Shown here piece by piece: positions 38,159 to 50,966 of a stretch of DNA of 64,000 nucleotides. The DNA is from Takakia lepidozioides (taxonomy: Eukaryota; Plantae; Bryophyta). The stretch covers positions 12,586,001 through 12,650,000 of the forward strand of contig CM060732.1 in NCBI GenBank assembly GCA_030704615.1. The letters run 5' to 3'. The notes below the pieces were generated by a model. The model made no database searches and had not been told where the DNA came from. It saw nothing but the letters and a program-made list of their open reading frames with translations. Position numbers and translations under genes: made by a program. Position 1 is the stretch's first letter; each line of letters begins with the position of its first letter.

Positions 38159-38574
38159 CGAACACCGCACGAAGTTGGCAAGTGTGAGGTTCAGTATAGC
38201 GACAGACGAAGGCTCACAGGCACCATGCGGAGTCCATCGACGATTGGAAGTCGCACATTGAAGTGGAAAGTATTGTTTCAAGCTACATGCATGAAGGTGG
38301 GAGGTTTGATTCTATAGCCAGTAAGTATGACAATGATGGCCGATTCGGCGACGAAATAACATCTCCTGACAGTTTCTCCTGAGGGTGGATCCAGCAGTAT
38401 TCTCGGTGCAGACAGGAACGTTCGCACTGACAAGTGTCAGTACTGTTAGTTAAAACGGTCAGACAACCAAGTTGTGCTCATCAAGACTGGCCGCAATTGT
38501 GTTGTTTCGGAACAATGCAACCCATTCAGGTTCCAGATTTCCTGTCCCGAGTGATTCTTTCGATTGCTGTGGTG

Positions 38575-39915
38575 GACGGAAATACGGCGCCGCATTTCCG
38601 TATTGCATCTTGGTCATGCACCAGAGCGACGGAAATGCGGCACCGAGTTTCCGTCCGGGGGAACCTTTATACTCTCCAGAACGGAAATGAGGTAACGCAT
38701 TTCCATCCAGCAAGCACACGGTATGGAAGGTGGGTGGAAATGCGGTACCGCATTTCCGTTCTGATTGAGAATACGAACAACGGGAACAGAAATGCGGCAC
38801 CGCATTTCCGTCCGAGTCGCACTTTTCCGACATTCCAGAACGGAAATGCGGCGCCGCATTTCCATTTTGTATCTGATGCATGGAGCTGAGGGATAGAAAT
38901 GTTGCAGCACATTTCCGTCCTTCAAAGACATTCATACTCTCCAGAACGGAAATGCGGTAACGCATTTCCATCCAACAAGCACGGTATGTGAAGGTGGTGG
39001 AACGGAAATGCAGGTACCGCATTTCCGTTCTGATTGAGAATTATGAACAACGGGAACAGAAATGCGGCACCGCATTTCTGTCCGAGTCGCACTTTCCGAC
39101 ATTCCAGAACGGAAATGCTGCGCCGCATTTCCATTTTGTATCTGATGCATGGAGCCAAGTGCAATTCCGACCGCTTGAGACAGCGCAATTCCGACCACTT
39201 GAGACATTCATACTATCCAGAACGGAAATGCGGTACCGCATTTCCGTTCTGACTGAAAATCGTGAACAACGGGAACAGAAATGCGGCACCGCATTTCCGT
39301 CCGAGTCGCACCTTCCGACATTCTAGAACGGAAATGCGGCGCCGCATTTCCGTTTTGTATATGAGGCCTGGAGCGTGTGGGACGGAAATGTGGTGCCGCA
39401 TTTCCATCCATGTGAGACCTTCAAACTTCCAGACCGGAAATGCGGCACCGCATTTCTGTTCGGTGAGACCTCTATACTTTCCCGAACGGAAATGTGCACG
39501 GCATTTCCGTTCATCAACTAAGGTATGTGAATGGGAACGGAAATGCGGTACCGCATTTCCGTTCACATTGAAAATCATGAACCACGGGAACTGAAATGTT
39601 GTGCCTCATTTCCGTCCGAATCGCACCTTTCGACATTCCAGAACGGAAATGCGGCGCCGCATTTCCCTTTTGTATCTCATACATGGAGCTGTGGGACGGA
39701 AAACGCGGCACCGTATTCTGTCAACAACTAAGGTATGTGAAGGTGGAACGGAAATGCGGTGCCGCATTTTCTTCCAACAAGTACGGATGTGTAGCTTCGT
39801 GATGGTACTTAACGGAAATGCGGCGCCGCATTCGCATTTTCACTCCAACTCATCAGACGCGTTGGGACGGAAATTCCTTGAAATGTGAACACGTGGAGCA
39901 ACGGAATTGCGGCAC
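38575..39915. repeat. Central array of C: GGAAATGCGGCGCCGCATTTCC palindromes at ~40-60 bp spacing
   Basis: More than 20 copies with core variants GGCGCC/GGCACC/GGTGCC/GGTACC, in a higher-order ~250-280 bp unit. Confidence 0.95.
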
Positions 39916-40475
39916 ATGTCGGCACTCTATCTGACTGAAGTGGCATGAGGCGGCGCGGCCTGACCGTTGGATAATGATGTTTGTTTTTCGGACGGCAGGC
40001 GTACCCTGAACGATTCGAATTTCGTAATGACGCAAAGTCCACGAGGAGACACTTTCGTCCAACCCTTTCGAACCCAAGTGGTGCATCACCGCCGTTTCAT
40101 CTACTTTTGTCGTGTCTCCTCAGTCACCCTCACCCCTCTCGCGCCCTTTCCATCTGCACTCTTTGCCCCTTTCCCTGTCTCTGTTCTTCTTATGCTCGAA
40201 CCTGAGAGGGGGGGAGTTCGTGCACCAGACAGGAGACCTCGTCGCAAGCTCCGAAAATTATACTTCGGACGTAGGCCAATGCCAAAGGGGAGGAAGCAAA
40301 TGCATCTACAAGAGGAGATTGCCATCTCCGAGCAGCAGGCCACTCAAGCAACCCAGCCACCAGTGAGAGCTCCATGCGATCGGGCTGCGCGCAGCTGATC
40401 GAGCACCGAACCCCCCATTTTGCTTCTGTAATTCTTAGACTGAATGCTAGGAGACTTGAATGCAGAACATGTTTG

Positions 40476-42811
40476 CATGCCTAACAGGAAAGGTGGACGT
40501 GCTGGAGGGATCGCAGGAATCCGAAGAGCCGCAGAAGAAGAGTCCGAGGAGCTGCTGCAGCACATAACCCACCCGATCCCCGAGCGCGGGGTATTCCTGC
40601 CGGGCCTAGCCCTGTGCGTTTCAAAGACGCGGGCTTCGAAGGGCAAGTTCAAAGCCCCAGAGATCGACTCGCGTTCTTCGGTCATGGAGAATCATCAGCA
40701 GGGGTCGGGCCCTTCTCCAGCAAATTCAAAGAAGAAGCAGCCCGTCCCTCTACTGGTTTCTGAACCGGCTCAGGCCGATTCACCACCCCCAACGCGAATG
40801 AAGCAGCAGGGTAAAAGACAGATTCAATTGCAGCAGACACCTTCACCTGCAAGGAAGAGGAAGCAGAAGGCAATCAGGGCGACGGCCGAACAATCTCCCG
40901 CAAAACCGCTTCCACGAGCTGAAGCTCAGTTCCTAGAGGATTTCCCGCCTGCAGATGTTGGGGCCGTCTCTGCTGCTGAGCGAGGCAGTGGGATCGACCG
41001 TTTTTGTCGATTTGGTACCGGAGGAGGGTGCTGCCGCTGAACGTTCGCAGCAAGACCTCACCACCGATGAGCAAGCAGGCCGGAGGAGGAGCCTCTGCAA
41101 TGGCAGAATTGCCCGCAAACAGGCCCCCAGAGTGCAGCTCCAGTTGAGGATGCTCCAGCTGCTCAGCCACTACCGGCACCTACAGACATGTCTCCGGAGG
41201 ATTTCAAAAGTGCAGGCGGATAAAATGTTGGAGGAGACACACAGTAGCATTGGCAGAGTTCTGGGCAGCAGGGTATTCCAGCGGACTCTTCGAATCCCAC
41301 TTTGTCGCATGGTCTCCCTTCCCATCGTCAGGCAGGCCCTTCCCGGAGATGTGGATAAGCTCAAGTTCGCATTTCGAGAAGGGTACCGTCTGGGATCGGC
41401 AGCGTTTTTACGTTTCCATTGAGAATGAGGACGGCGAAACTCGTGGACCCACTGCCGATGAATTGTCAACGTGGGATACCCACTGGCACACTCGCAACAA
41501 CGAATTCGAGGCGACGCTGAAGGGTGATCCAGACTTCGGCCATATGTCGGGTAAAATGTTCTTTTGTGTGGGACGGGAATCACCGACTTCGCTTGGTGGG
41601 AGTACATCAAGCAGAACCATGCCAAGCACATTGGCTGGCATTACATGGTGGAGTGTGTCATCCTCAAGGTGAAGGCGGCAGACTCCTCCCTGCTCAAGAA
41701 TGCCATGGCGGACCTCAACTCGTAAGATATTCATACCCTCCCTAGCACGTTCGAAATGCGGTGCCGCATTTCGGTTTCCATTCTGGTTTGTTTCCGTGCT
41801 TCCGTGTACTGAACTGGAGAGTGTGCCTTGCAGGGTCACTGAGAATGCGTACGTGCATACCCACATGGCCACATATGCTAACAGGGTGAGGAAAACTGGT
41901 CTCACTGATCCGCAGATGTTTGCGGAAATGCTGGAGCCCGAGCTCATTCAGAAAGCCGTTGCAAAAACAGACCGGACATGGTATCGTCTCACTATGGATG
42001 GAATGGTGGAGGTGATATACGAAGTAAGTCGTCCTCCAATTTCCCTCTGCTCATCCTTCCCCAATTTCCAGTAATCTTTCCACATGAATCGAATGTAACG
42101 CTTCTGCATGATTTTGTTGGCAGTCAAACATCAAGCTAGATTTGGCCCATGCCAAACGCTTCTTCATGGAAAGTGAGGGGCAAGTGAAAACGTTGCAGTC
42201 ATTGACTGAGCACTTGAAGGAAGCCGCGGTGTCAAGTCCAGAACCAAATACAAGTCAAAGCTTGTGAAGCTGGTGGCAATTGCAGATCCGGCACTGGAAA
42301 GGACTTCATCCCCGAGATTGCAAAACACTATTCTCGGGCCATGCAGCCGACCATGCAATTGGAGAAACTGCATCACCTCTCAACGGCATGTGTTGAGGCA
42401 AAAGAGAAGGTGAGGTTTCAATGCACTGAAGTTCCTTCCTAGCAATAGTCACTCTCTTCTAGCTCCTGACATTGGATCGGAAATGGCAGACACGGTGGCT
42501 GTCGATCTGGAATGCATCCGAGAGCATAAGGACAATGTGGTCTTTTCCACTCGAAGTTCCGACCTACAGTGGATGTGTGGCTCAAACCGCATGACTTGTT
42601 GGTTCCAGGTAATTCAAGGTACTTCCCAGATTTGCTTTTCTGAAATGAATCCCTGAACTGCTACGTGACAATGCATTTGGGAATCGCAGGAGGTAATGTC
42701 GAATGCGAAGGAGCAAGTCGTAATGCACACAAATTCGTTCGGCTTGTCGTCAAATGGGATGGAACATAGACATTGGAAGACTACGTGACACGTTTCAGAT
42801 GTGCGTACAAG
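40476..42811 (+). pseudogene. Element C accessory gene (ParB/Srx-like), cut by D before the MTase-like domain
   Basis: LRIPLCRMVSLPIVRQALPGD...GYRLGSAAF, FVWDGNHRL (~41563-41590). Introns after ~41721, 42023, 42409 and 42607. Several frameshifts. Confidence 0.85.
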
Positions 42812-43499
42812 GAGGTTTACTATTTCATGAGCGCATGAGCCCATGAGCCTATGAGCCTATGAGCTCATGAGCGGACATCCGCGGAATTGGAATTTTCCTG
42901 CCTTTATTGACGGTGTTATGTCCTCTTACCTCGGTAATAGGGTCTGTTTTTCCTGGTCCAGGATGCGGAATGAGGAATTTCGGCGCCGTTATTCCCAAGA
43001 GCAGTGTGCTAAAATGGTGTTTTGAAGACATCCACGGGGTATTTCGGCACCGAAATTACCTCTTAAAATGTGATATAGTGCGGTATTTAATGCGCAGAAC
43101 GGGCAATTTCGGCGCCGAAATACCCAAGTGGAATGTGGTGAAGTGCCTTGTGCTGAAGGCTTCCATCGCAATATTTTGGTGCAGTAATTCATCCGTGGAA
43201 TTTTTGAGGCCCATATAACGAAGGCGCAAACTGGGCTATTTCGGCGCCAAATTTCCCAATAGGAATGTTAGAAACGGCAGGGTTTTCATGGCTTGAAGTT
43301 CCCGGGTCGATGGTGTGCATAAATTACTTGTAGGGTTCTTCACTGAAGTTTGCGTCTCTTCTGCTTTTATTATAGATTTTGGTTGGCGGAAGAAATGTAG
43401 GGAATGGACAAGCAGTCTGAACACAATGATTTTTCAAATCGTCAATATATTCATTAAGTGTTTCAGAACTGTACAACAAAAAGGATCCAAATGAGACTT

Positions 43500-46400
43500 T
43501 GCTATGGTGAGGATCCGCTATCACTGTCCGATGCATCCCCGCCCTCATGCAAGGATGGCTGCCTTCCACCTGCCTCCGAACCTGCACTGCCGCTACCGCT
43601 GTTACTCTGAGAAGCCCTCCCCTCAAAAATACCATCCTCACCAGCCGGAACTGTCCACCTGGGTGCGGAAGTGTCCTCGACATCCCCTCGCTCTCGGACG
43701 CGGATTCTATTACGAACTTCCCTACTCTGCCTTTCACAATTCTATGTTTGGCCTCACGCCTCATTATAATTCTCTGCTCATTCCCGTATGTCAATTGCTC
43801 TAACCGAGTAGGCCTATCCTCCCTCCTGATGGCTTCTTTGGCAGCCGTGTCTGCATAGGCTGGTAGAAAAAAGGGCTTCTGGGGACTCGCGAGAAACGAT
43901 TTTCTGGCAAAGAATGGCCGATGCGATTCTGTCTCCTCCTCTGCAACAGGGTCCGATTCGAGCAAGTCTCCAGCTTCTCCTCGTCGGACGACTCTGCAAG
44001 GCTGAGTGTACGCACAAACATAGAATGAAGTACATTAGAGAATTCAAACAGGGAATCATCGGCAGGTTGCATGGTCCCTACAACCGAAACCAATACACTT
44101 ACTATGGTGCAACTCACTCGAAGACAGGCATTGGGGGAAGCGGCTTCGGGCGCCCCTGCATCGAACGAATTTCCCGGACTTCCTCCTCTTCATCTTCCTC
44201 CTCTCCTTCCACGTCCTCTTCTGCGTTTTTGGGATCCTCAGTCGGAGGCAGACGCTGAAGGCCCGCCAAATTGTAATCGTACAAGGCCGTATCCCCCTCA
44301 AATGAGAACACAAATCGGTTCGACATCCTTCCCGCCCACATACAGGCACCTGCGAATTCATACGACAACCACAGCCAAACTCAAGAATGAGTCGCTTCCT
44401 CGCACAAGCAAACATACAGAAACGGAAATGGTGTCAATTTTGGTGCCGCATTCAATTAACGTTCTCACCTGTATTTGCAGTGACGTCAAGGACCCTGCCT
44501 TCAACATCCGTACACGTTTCCATGAGCGTCTGGATGAATGCAGGACTCCTGGTCCTGCCATACCTCCATGGCTTGCCCGACAAATCACAAAGAATGTCCT
44601 TCTCTCCCACATGGTTGAACAGGACGTTATACTCCAGTGGATCAACTGTGGAATCAACAAGTCTTCCTGCTTCACGTAATTTGAATTCGAATGTTCCTTC
44701 ACGAAGCAAAATGCCTGAAAGATAAGAGTCTGCAGAGAAGGAAATGAAAACGTCAGAGGTGGCCTACATGTACAGGGGCAATTTTGGCCCAGAAATTGAC
44801 ATAGCAGAGGAGAACCACAGCATACCTTCTGGCCATCGTTGAGAAGACCCTGCGTGTTGATGCAAGTCCAGATCTTTTCAGGATGGGTGCTGCACTTCTC
44901 CCCGTCCATACTTTGATATCATTCTCAGTGACTTCTCCATCGGCTGCTAGCACAACAACACAGCCAACGTCGTCCCCAACATGTTGGCTGCGAACCCGAA
45001 TGTGTGGCTCCAGTATCGTTCGTCGTACTTGTTCCACCAGGGAACTGAGCCCAGCCCCAGTATCTCCTGCCCATCCGGGATATCCACAAGGATCATGTCG
45101 ATGGAGGCTTTCACCGCCCTGCCCCCGACTGTGCTCTTTTTTGCCGTGGCTCATCGCCACAAAATACTCCATCATCTTTGTGTAGCCAGGAGTGTCCTCC
45201 ATATCATTGCCAGTGGCCTTCCTCTTCCCCTTCCCCTGGTGGGCCTCGATCGCCTTCCTCAAACTCGTTATCTCCAGCCTTCTGGTCAGAGCAGTTAGGA
45301 AATTTTCATTAACACACTCCACAATTGTGGGTGTTTTGAGGACTTCCCTGCCCGCAATCTGCACCGCACGGGTAGGGTCTGCCAGGTGCATCCTCGTATA
45401 GTGATCTCTTCGCAGCCGACCCCCCGGAGCGCTGGCCCTTGTGAATTTTCGGACGAGGTGTGGCCCCCTGGGTGTTTTCCTGCTGGAAATCGTCGTCCGA
45501 ATCCTCCTCATCTGGCTGACTGTGTTGCTGCTTCTTCTTCTTGGGTGTGGGGGTCTTCGTCTCTTGCCCCTGTTTGCGCGTTTTCTTTTCTTCCTGTCCT
45601 TGGGTGCTCAGCTGCCTGCTTCTCCATCTGCTCCTTCGCCAACGCTGCCGCCTTGGCTGACTTTCTCAGTGCTTTCTGCTTGGCTGCCTCCTCTGCTTTA
45701 GTCTTTCGCGTCCTCTGGTTGGGGATCCGATTGCGCCTTCATAGCCCTGGCATTCGCTTCCTTCTTCAAGTTAACCTCCGAGAGGTCAACGGTCCACTTG
45801 GGAGATCCACATACCAGGGGCAGTTTACCAAATGCTCGGCATGCCACTCCTTCGCCATTACTTCTGTGTACATCGTTCCACGACCTCCAGGTGTCCTCCA
45901 CGCCAGGAAGAATGGTGGAACCCTTTGAATGGCTCCGGACGGAATGAGTGCAAAGTTTATGTACCTGCAATCACGAGGCAGTTCAACAAAAATCATTCTA
46001 CCGATGCATCATGCAAGTGGAAGTTGTCAATGCACAAGGTATTTCGGCACCGAAATACGGAGTGGACCGTGCCCCAATTACCCAGAACTCACATCTTGCA
46101 GAGGTATATTTCGGCGCCGCAATATCCATCGCTGCTAACCAAATCATCTAAACTGCAAATAGGGGATGCATTGTCAGCAGATTATCTGAACAGGACACGC
46201 AGTGCCGCTGTGTCGGACACCCCCTCATGCTCTTCGATGTATACGCTGCGTCTGCCCTTTGCCATTTCTTGAAAAAAGAGGTTTGCGAAGCCGCCTCGCC
46301 ACGACTGCACGTAGTTCTCCATTGTCTCAGGCTTCGTCCAGTCGGATCTGAAATGGAAAGTGTGGTGTTGCCGTCCAATTGCTCCTGGGCTGGGCGTAAC

Positions 46401-48399
46401 TGAATCATGGCAGGTTTCCAAAACATTCATGATTTTGCAATTGCGACGATGTCCAACACAGAATAGGAGAAAATTATACCTGATGCCACCAAGTCATGAC
46501 ATTGAGCCAGTCGTTCATTTTGTCGTCTGTTGGCTCGATGGGAAAGTGGTACAGCAGCTTCGTGTTTGTATGGCCGTTCCAGATTCGCAGCCACCTCGTC
46601 TGCAGCCACCTCACATCGGTCAGACAAGAGCTCCAACATAAGAATCGCGAGAAGTCACAAAACAAGAATAAACACATGCTTACCTTCTCCGCCGGCTCAA
46701 CACAGGACACTGCGATGTGATGAAGTTTCTCCATGGACATTTCCGGTTTCATGGGTCTGGAGTAATGCAGTCCTATCTCCGCCAGGAACTCGGCACCAAG
46801 ACCAGGGTCAGCGATTGCAACTTGCTTAACAAGTTTGGACCTGTACTTGGTCCGGGATTGCTTCCCTGCCTGCACAATATGACTCTCTATCGACGCGTCC
46901 GCCTTGTTGGGGGCATCATTCTCAAAGAACTGCCTTTTGGCATAGGCCAAGTCATCCCTGATGTTCGTCTGCATTCCCATACCCAGCAGATACAGTCAGG
47001 CCACGGATCCCTGCAACAAATAACATTAAATTGATACTGAAATTTGAGATGAACCTCACCGAATAGAGGATCTCCACCATGGCGTCCAGTGTTGGTCGGT
47101 ACCAGGTGCGATCTGCTTTCGCTAGGGACTTCCTGTACAGCTCGGGATCGAGGGACTTTTGGAAGTCCGTCAGCGGAGCTGTCCCCACTTCTTGCACTCT
47201 GTAGAGCGTATGTGCCAGATGAGTTTCCACGAAGGCCCTCTCTGTTACCCTGCCATGGAGAAAAAAAACAACATGAAAATATGATTTCGGCACAGCAATC
47301 CAATTTCCATTCATAGAGTGCATGACAGTGGTGAACATTGCCTATTTCGGCGCCGCAATAGGCAGTACACAAGGATGTAATTGTATACTTACAGATTTAT
47401 ATCCGCCATGGCACCCTTCAACAGTCCTCTGTCCCTGACGTCCACCTTCACGACAATGCAGTCCACCATGTAATGCCAACTGATATCTTGCGGATGCATT
47501 TCAGCAATGTACTCTGTCCAGGCAAGCATCCTGTGGTTCCCGTCCCAAACGAAGAACATCTTCCCTTCCATGTGTGCGAATGTGGGATTAGTCTTCAGAT
47601 AGGCTTCAAACTCGGCATTAACAGTGTGCCAGTGGGGGCCCCAATTCTGAAGCTCCTCTGCAGTGGGGCCCCTTGTGACACCCTGGTCATTCTCAATGGA
47701 AACGTAGAATGCTGCCGACCCCCGTCTGTACCCTTCTCTGAAGTTGTGCTTCAGTCGATCGATATCCCCTGGCAGTGCTTGCCTTACAACTGGAAGGCTT
47801 ACCATGCGACACAAAGGAACTTTAAGGTTCTCGGGATACACCATGGAGCCCAAAACGCGGCCTATGTTGCTATGAGTCTCTGCCAGCAACCTGTTTGCTG
47901 CTATGTTCATGTCTCGTGCGCTCATGAGCATACCCGCCACCAGTTTCTTACTTGTATCACCTCTGTCACTTCCCTCACCCCTCTCACCAGCCTGTGTACT
48001 GTCCTGGAGGTTTTGCTCCTCCGCAAGATCCAGCAGGTTCTGATCGTCGCCAAGTCGTACCACGTTATCGTCCTCTCCTTCTGTCAGTTGAATGGGCCGC
48101 CCTTCTGCAGATCCGACTCCCACATCTCCAGCGGCCTCCACCGCATCTGTGTTTTCTGAAATTGACTGCAAACCCAATACCTCCGCTTCCAGTCTCCCTA
48201 GGGGTTTTACTGGCGAAGCCATGGGCTCCTTCTGCTTTCTCGGCTTCCGAACTCTAGGTGGGCTTTTCGGAGGCGATATCTGAGGTGTTGAATGAGGACT
48301 CGTCTGCCTCGATGCACTTCCACCTTGTGAGCGCAGCACCCGGGCAGGAGTATCCAAAGTTGACTGTGTTTTCGCCTGCGATCCCTCCCCAGCTCCCAT
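43500..48399 (-). pseudogene. Multi-exon ParB/Srx-like + beta-class N6A/N4C DNA-methyltransferase-like fusion gene
   Basis: ParB motif FFVWDGNHRMLAW (~47530-47560). Motif IV-like SIDMILVDIPDG (~45073-45110). After splicing intron 44468-44350: RSPAFIQTLMETCTDVEGRVLDVTANTGACMWAGRMSNRFVFSFEGD, which matches the N6_N4_Mtase C-terminus pattern KP..L..LI..S..GD.VLDPF.GSGT...A..LGR.FIG.E.D. The 3' end is approximate. Confidence 0.8.
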
Positions 48400-48914
48400 G
48401 TCAAACAAACAGGAAAACATGAGACACTGCACGCCAAAACAAAGGTGTCAAAGGAATATTGCGTATGGAGTGCTTCACATCCGCGAAGCACGAATCTCTC
48501 ACTGGTGGGCGATCCGAGTCTCCGGATAACGACGTCTGCATTTCATGCATGAGACGGAGCTTAAGTCGTCGTGTCGTCGGCGGCTTCCCAAAATCCCGCG
48601 TCCTCCTCTTTGCCGGAGTCGCCTGACCTTCCACAAACTCTATGCTACCACTATGCCGCATAAGGAGAGGAAACGCAGGAGAACGTCACTGCAGAAGGGC
48701 AAGGAGCGAGAGAGCGAAGCGGTGGAACATGCAACCACTATGCACGAGCAGATGCGTAAGCAGCCACGTCTCCCGAAGCGTTGCCACCGTCCACCACTTT
48801 CTGCCGTATGGGTGATGAAGAGATTGTGACCCCTGACACGTTCGCACGGATGAAGTCGACTGGAACACGACGCGTGCCAGTTCCAGCCACCAGTGTATGA
48901 CGGTTTATCCGAAT

Positions 48915-50720
48915 TGCGGCACCGAAATACGTTCCGTTCACCGGATGCGTTTCCCGGAGCAGCCGGCATTGAATGAAATATCCGCACATCATGAAACCCA
49001 ACCGCCATGAAAATCCCCTGCATATGACATTCAACAGTCAGGTCGGTACGTTTCATCAGCGGACGGATGAATTTCGGCGCCGAAATTCATCCTATTCAAG
49101 TGCTTTCATACACAAACTTACAAATTTCGGCGCCGCAATTCATCGCTTTCCAAGTCCTCATTCGTCATGAGCAAACCTGTCGGTGGGATATCGGAGCCGG
49201 AATTAATTCCGGGACAACGGAAACGGCTGCACTTCGCACATTTCATCCATATTTCGGCGCCGAAATTCATCGCTTCGCAAGTCCTCATTCGTCATGAGCA
49301 AACCTGTCGGTGGGATATCGGAGCCGGAATCAATTCCGGGACAACGGAAACGGCTGCACTTCGGCACATTTCATCCATATTTCGGCGCCGCAATTCATTA
49401 CGAATATGTCCGTCCGCGCGTAGACGAGGTGAAATCATCCATATTTCGGCGCCGAAATTCATCCAGAGCGAAGACTAAATCGGCACGATGCTATGCTTTG
49501 CCGCCATCATTGCCCCTGACGGATGCTGTCCATGCTGTTGGACTTGCCATTTCTGGACATTTAACTATAATTTCGGCGCCGAAATTATACTTTATGTGCG
49601 GCAACGTCCCGTGCGAAAAAGACCACTTATGGATACTGTCGGTTTCAAATGAAAAAAAACGGCTAAAATGCAATTAATTTTGACAGAAGTGGTTTAATAT
49701 GCCGATTTCTCCATTAAATGCAGAATATTCCTGTTATATTCGTCGGAACGGGGTATTTCCAACGATTTACGGAAAATTATCATCCAAAACCAAAAAGTAA
49801 GTGCCGGTTTGGACGAATTTCGGCGCCGAAATTCATCCGTCGCATAGAAAATGTAATATTAGAGTTACTCATTGCGGACAGTAAGGATGAATTTCGGCGC
49901 CGAAATTGATCCATTTCAAAGAAAAATAAATATTGGAGGGAAGGCATTGGATGAATTTCGCGGCGCCGAAATCCGCGCGCTAAAACCCTGAAAAGAATTT
50001 GGAGGGATGAAGTCGGCTGAATTTCGGCGCCGAAATTCATTGCTCGCGAAGGAAAAAAAAAATTTCTGGAGGACTTCGGATGAATTTCGGCGCCGAAATT
50101 CATTGCTCGCGAAGGAAAATAAAAAATATCTCCTGGACTTGGAATGAATTTCGGCGCCGAAATTCAATGCTCGCGAAGAAAAAAAAAATCGGGAGGATTT
50201 TGGTTGAATTTCGGCGCCGAAATTCATTGCTCTCGAAGAAAAAAGGAAATTAAAAGGGAGTACTTGATGAGATTCGGCGCCAAAGTTCATCTGTCGCAAA
50301 GAAATAAAAACAGAAAGGACTTCCGATGAATTCTGGCACCGAAATCCATCGCAGGGCAGCAGAATTAGGGTCGGAAAAGGAGATGAAGAATGAATTTCGG
50401 CGCCGAAATACATCCATTCTGCCGAATCAGGATTACTGTCATTCGGAAGTCGGCACCGATATCCGGACACGTGGTCAATCACGACTGTAATCAGGAACAC
50501 ATTATCCGTATTTTGGCATCTAAATTCAACCCATATGTGCAGATACAATTTAATGAAGAAGAAGTTCATCCGAATTTCGGCACCGAAATCCATCCGTTGG
50601 GTGCTTGGTCAGTTTTATGAGGTAAACAAATTACGATTTCTGTTGCCAGAATTCATCCCTTGGCTTCCAAAGCTGTTACATGACAGAGATGTTCATCCAG
50701 ATTTCGGTGCCGAAATTCAT
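48915..50720. repeat. Central array of D: GAATTTCGGCGCCGAAATTC palindromes
   Basis: More than 20 copies, including ~62-bp tandem units at 50020-50300 and a ~127-bp duplication at 49125-49400. Confidence 0.95.
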
Positions 50721-50966
50721 GGGAAGGCCTGATTTATTGTACCCCAAGTGGTTGTACATTACAATTCAGGCACCAAATATCCGATGTGAACTTGCTGTTT
50801 CGTCCGTTTTTTAACGTACGTTACACACCTTCATCTTTACGTGCACTGATCACCCATCATGTTGGATACGGAATCCTCCAGAAAATCATTTGTGTTATTA
50901 GGTAGGACACACTCTTCTCATTGCAGGACTTCGCTGCGGAGCGTACCGAGAGGTCCCGTCTTCAAA

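Larger units (their letters stand above)
33710..42811 (-). mobile_element. Element C: large MULE-like element (one TIR seen), inserted in the E accessory gene and itself interrupted by D
   Basis: TIR GAGGTTTACTATTTCATGAGC plus CATGAGC heptamer repeats at 33710, then transposase (-), palindrome array and accessory gene (+). Expected TSD CCATCGTT; the second end is not in the window. Confidence 0.85.

Noticed and set aside
33710-42835. TIRs at 33710 and 42812 as the two ends of one element
   Set aside because: They are in the same orientation with different flanks, and the signature palindrome changes at 42812, so they are ends of two different elements.
44278-44285. CGTACAAG matching the expected TSD of element D
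   Set aside because: It lies inside a coding exon with no adjacent TIR; chance match.
43500-48399. Bacterial contamination or prophage as the source of the ParB-methylase gene
   Set aside because: The gene has multiple GT-AG introns at positions shared between copies and lies within TIR elements nested among plant retrotransposons.
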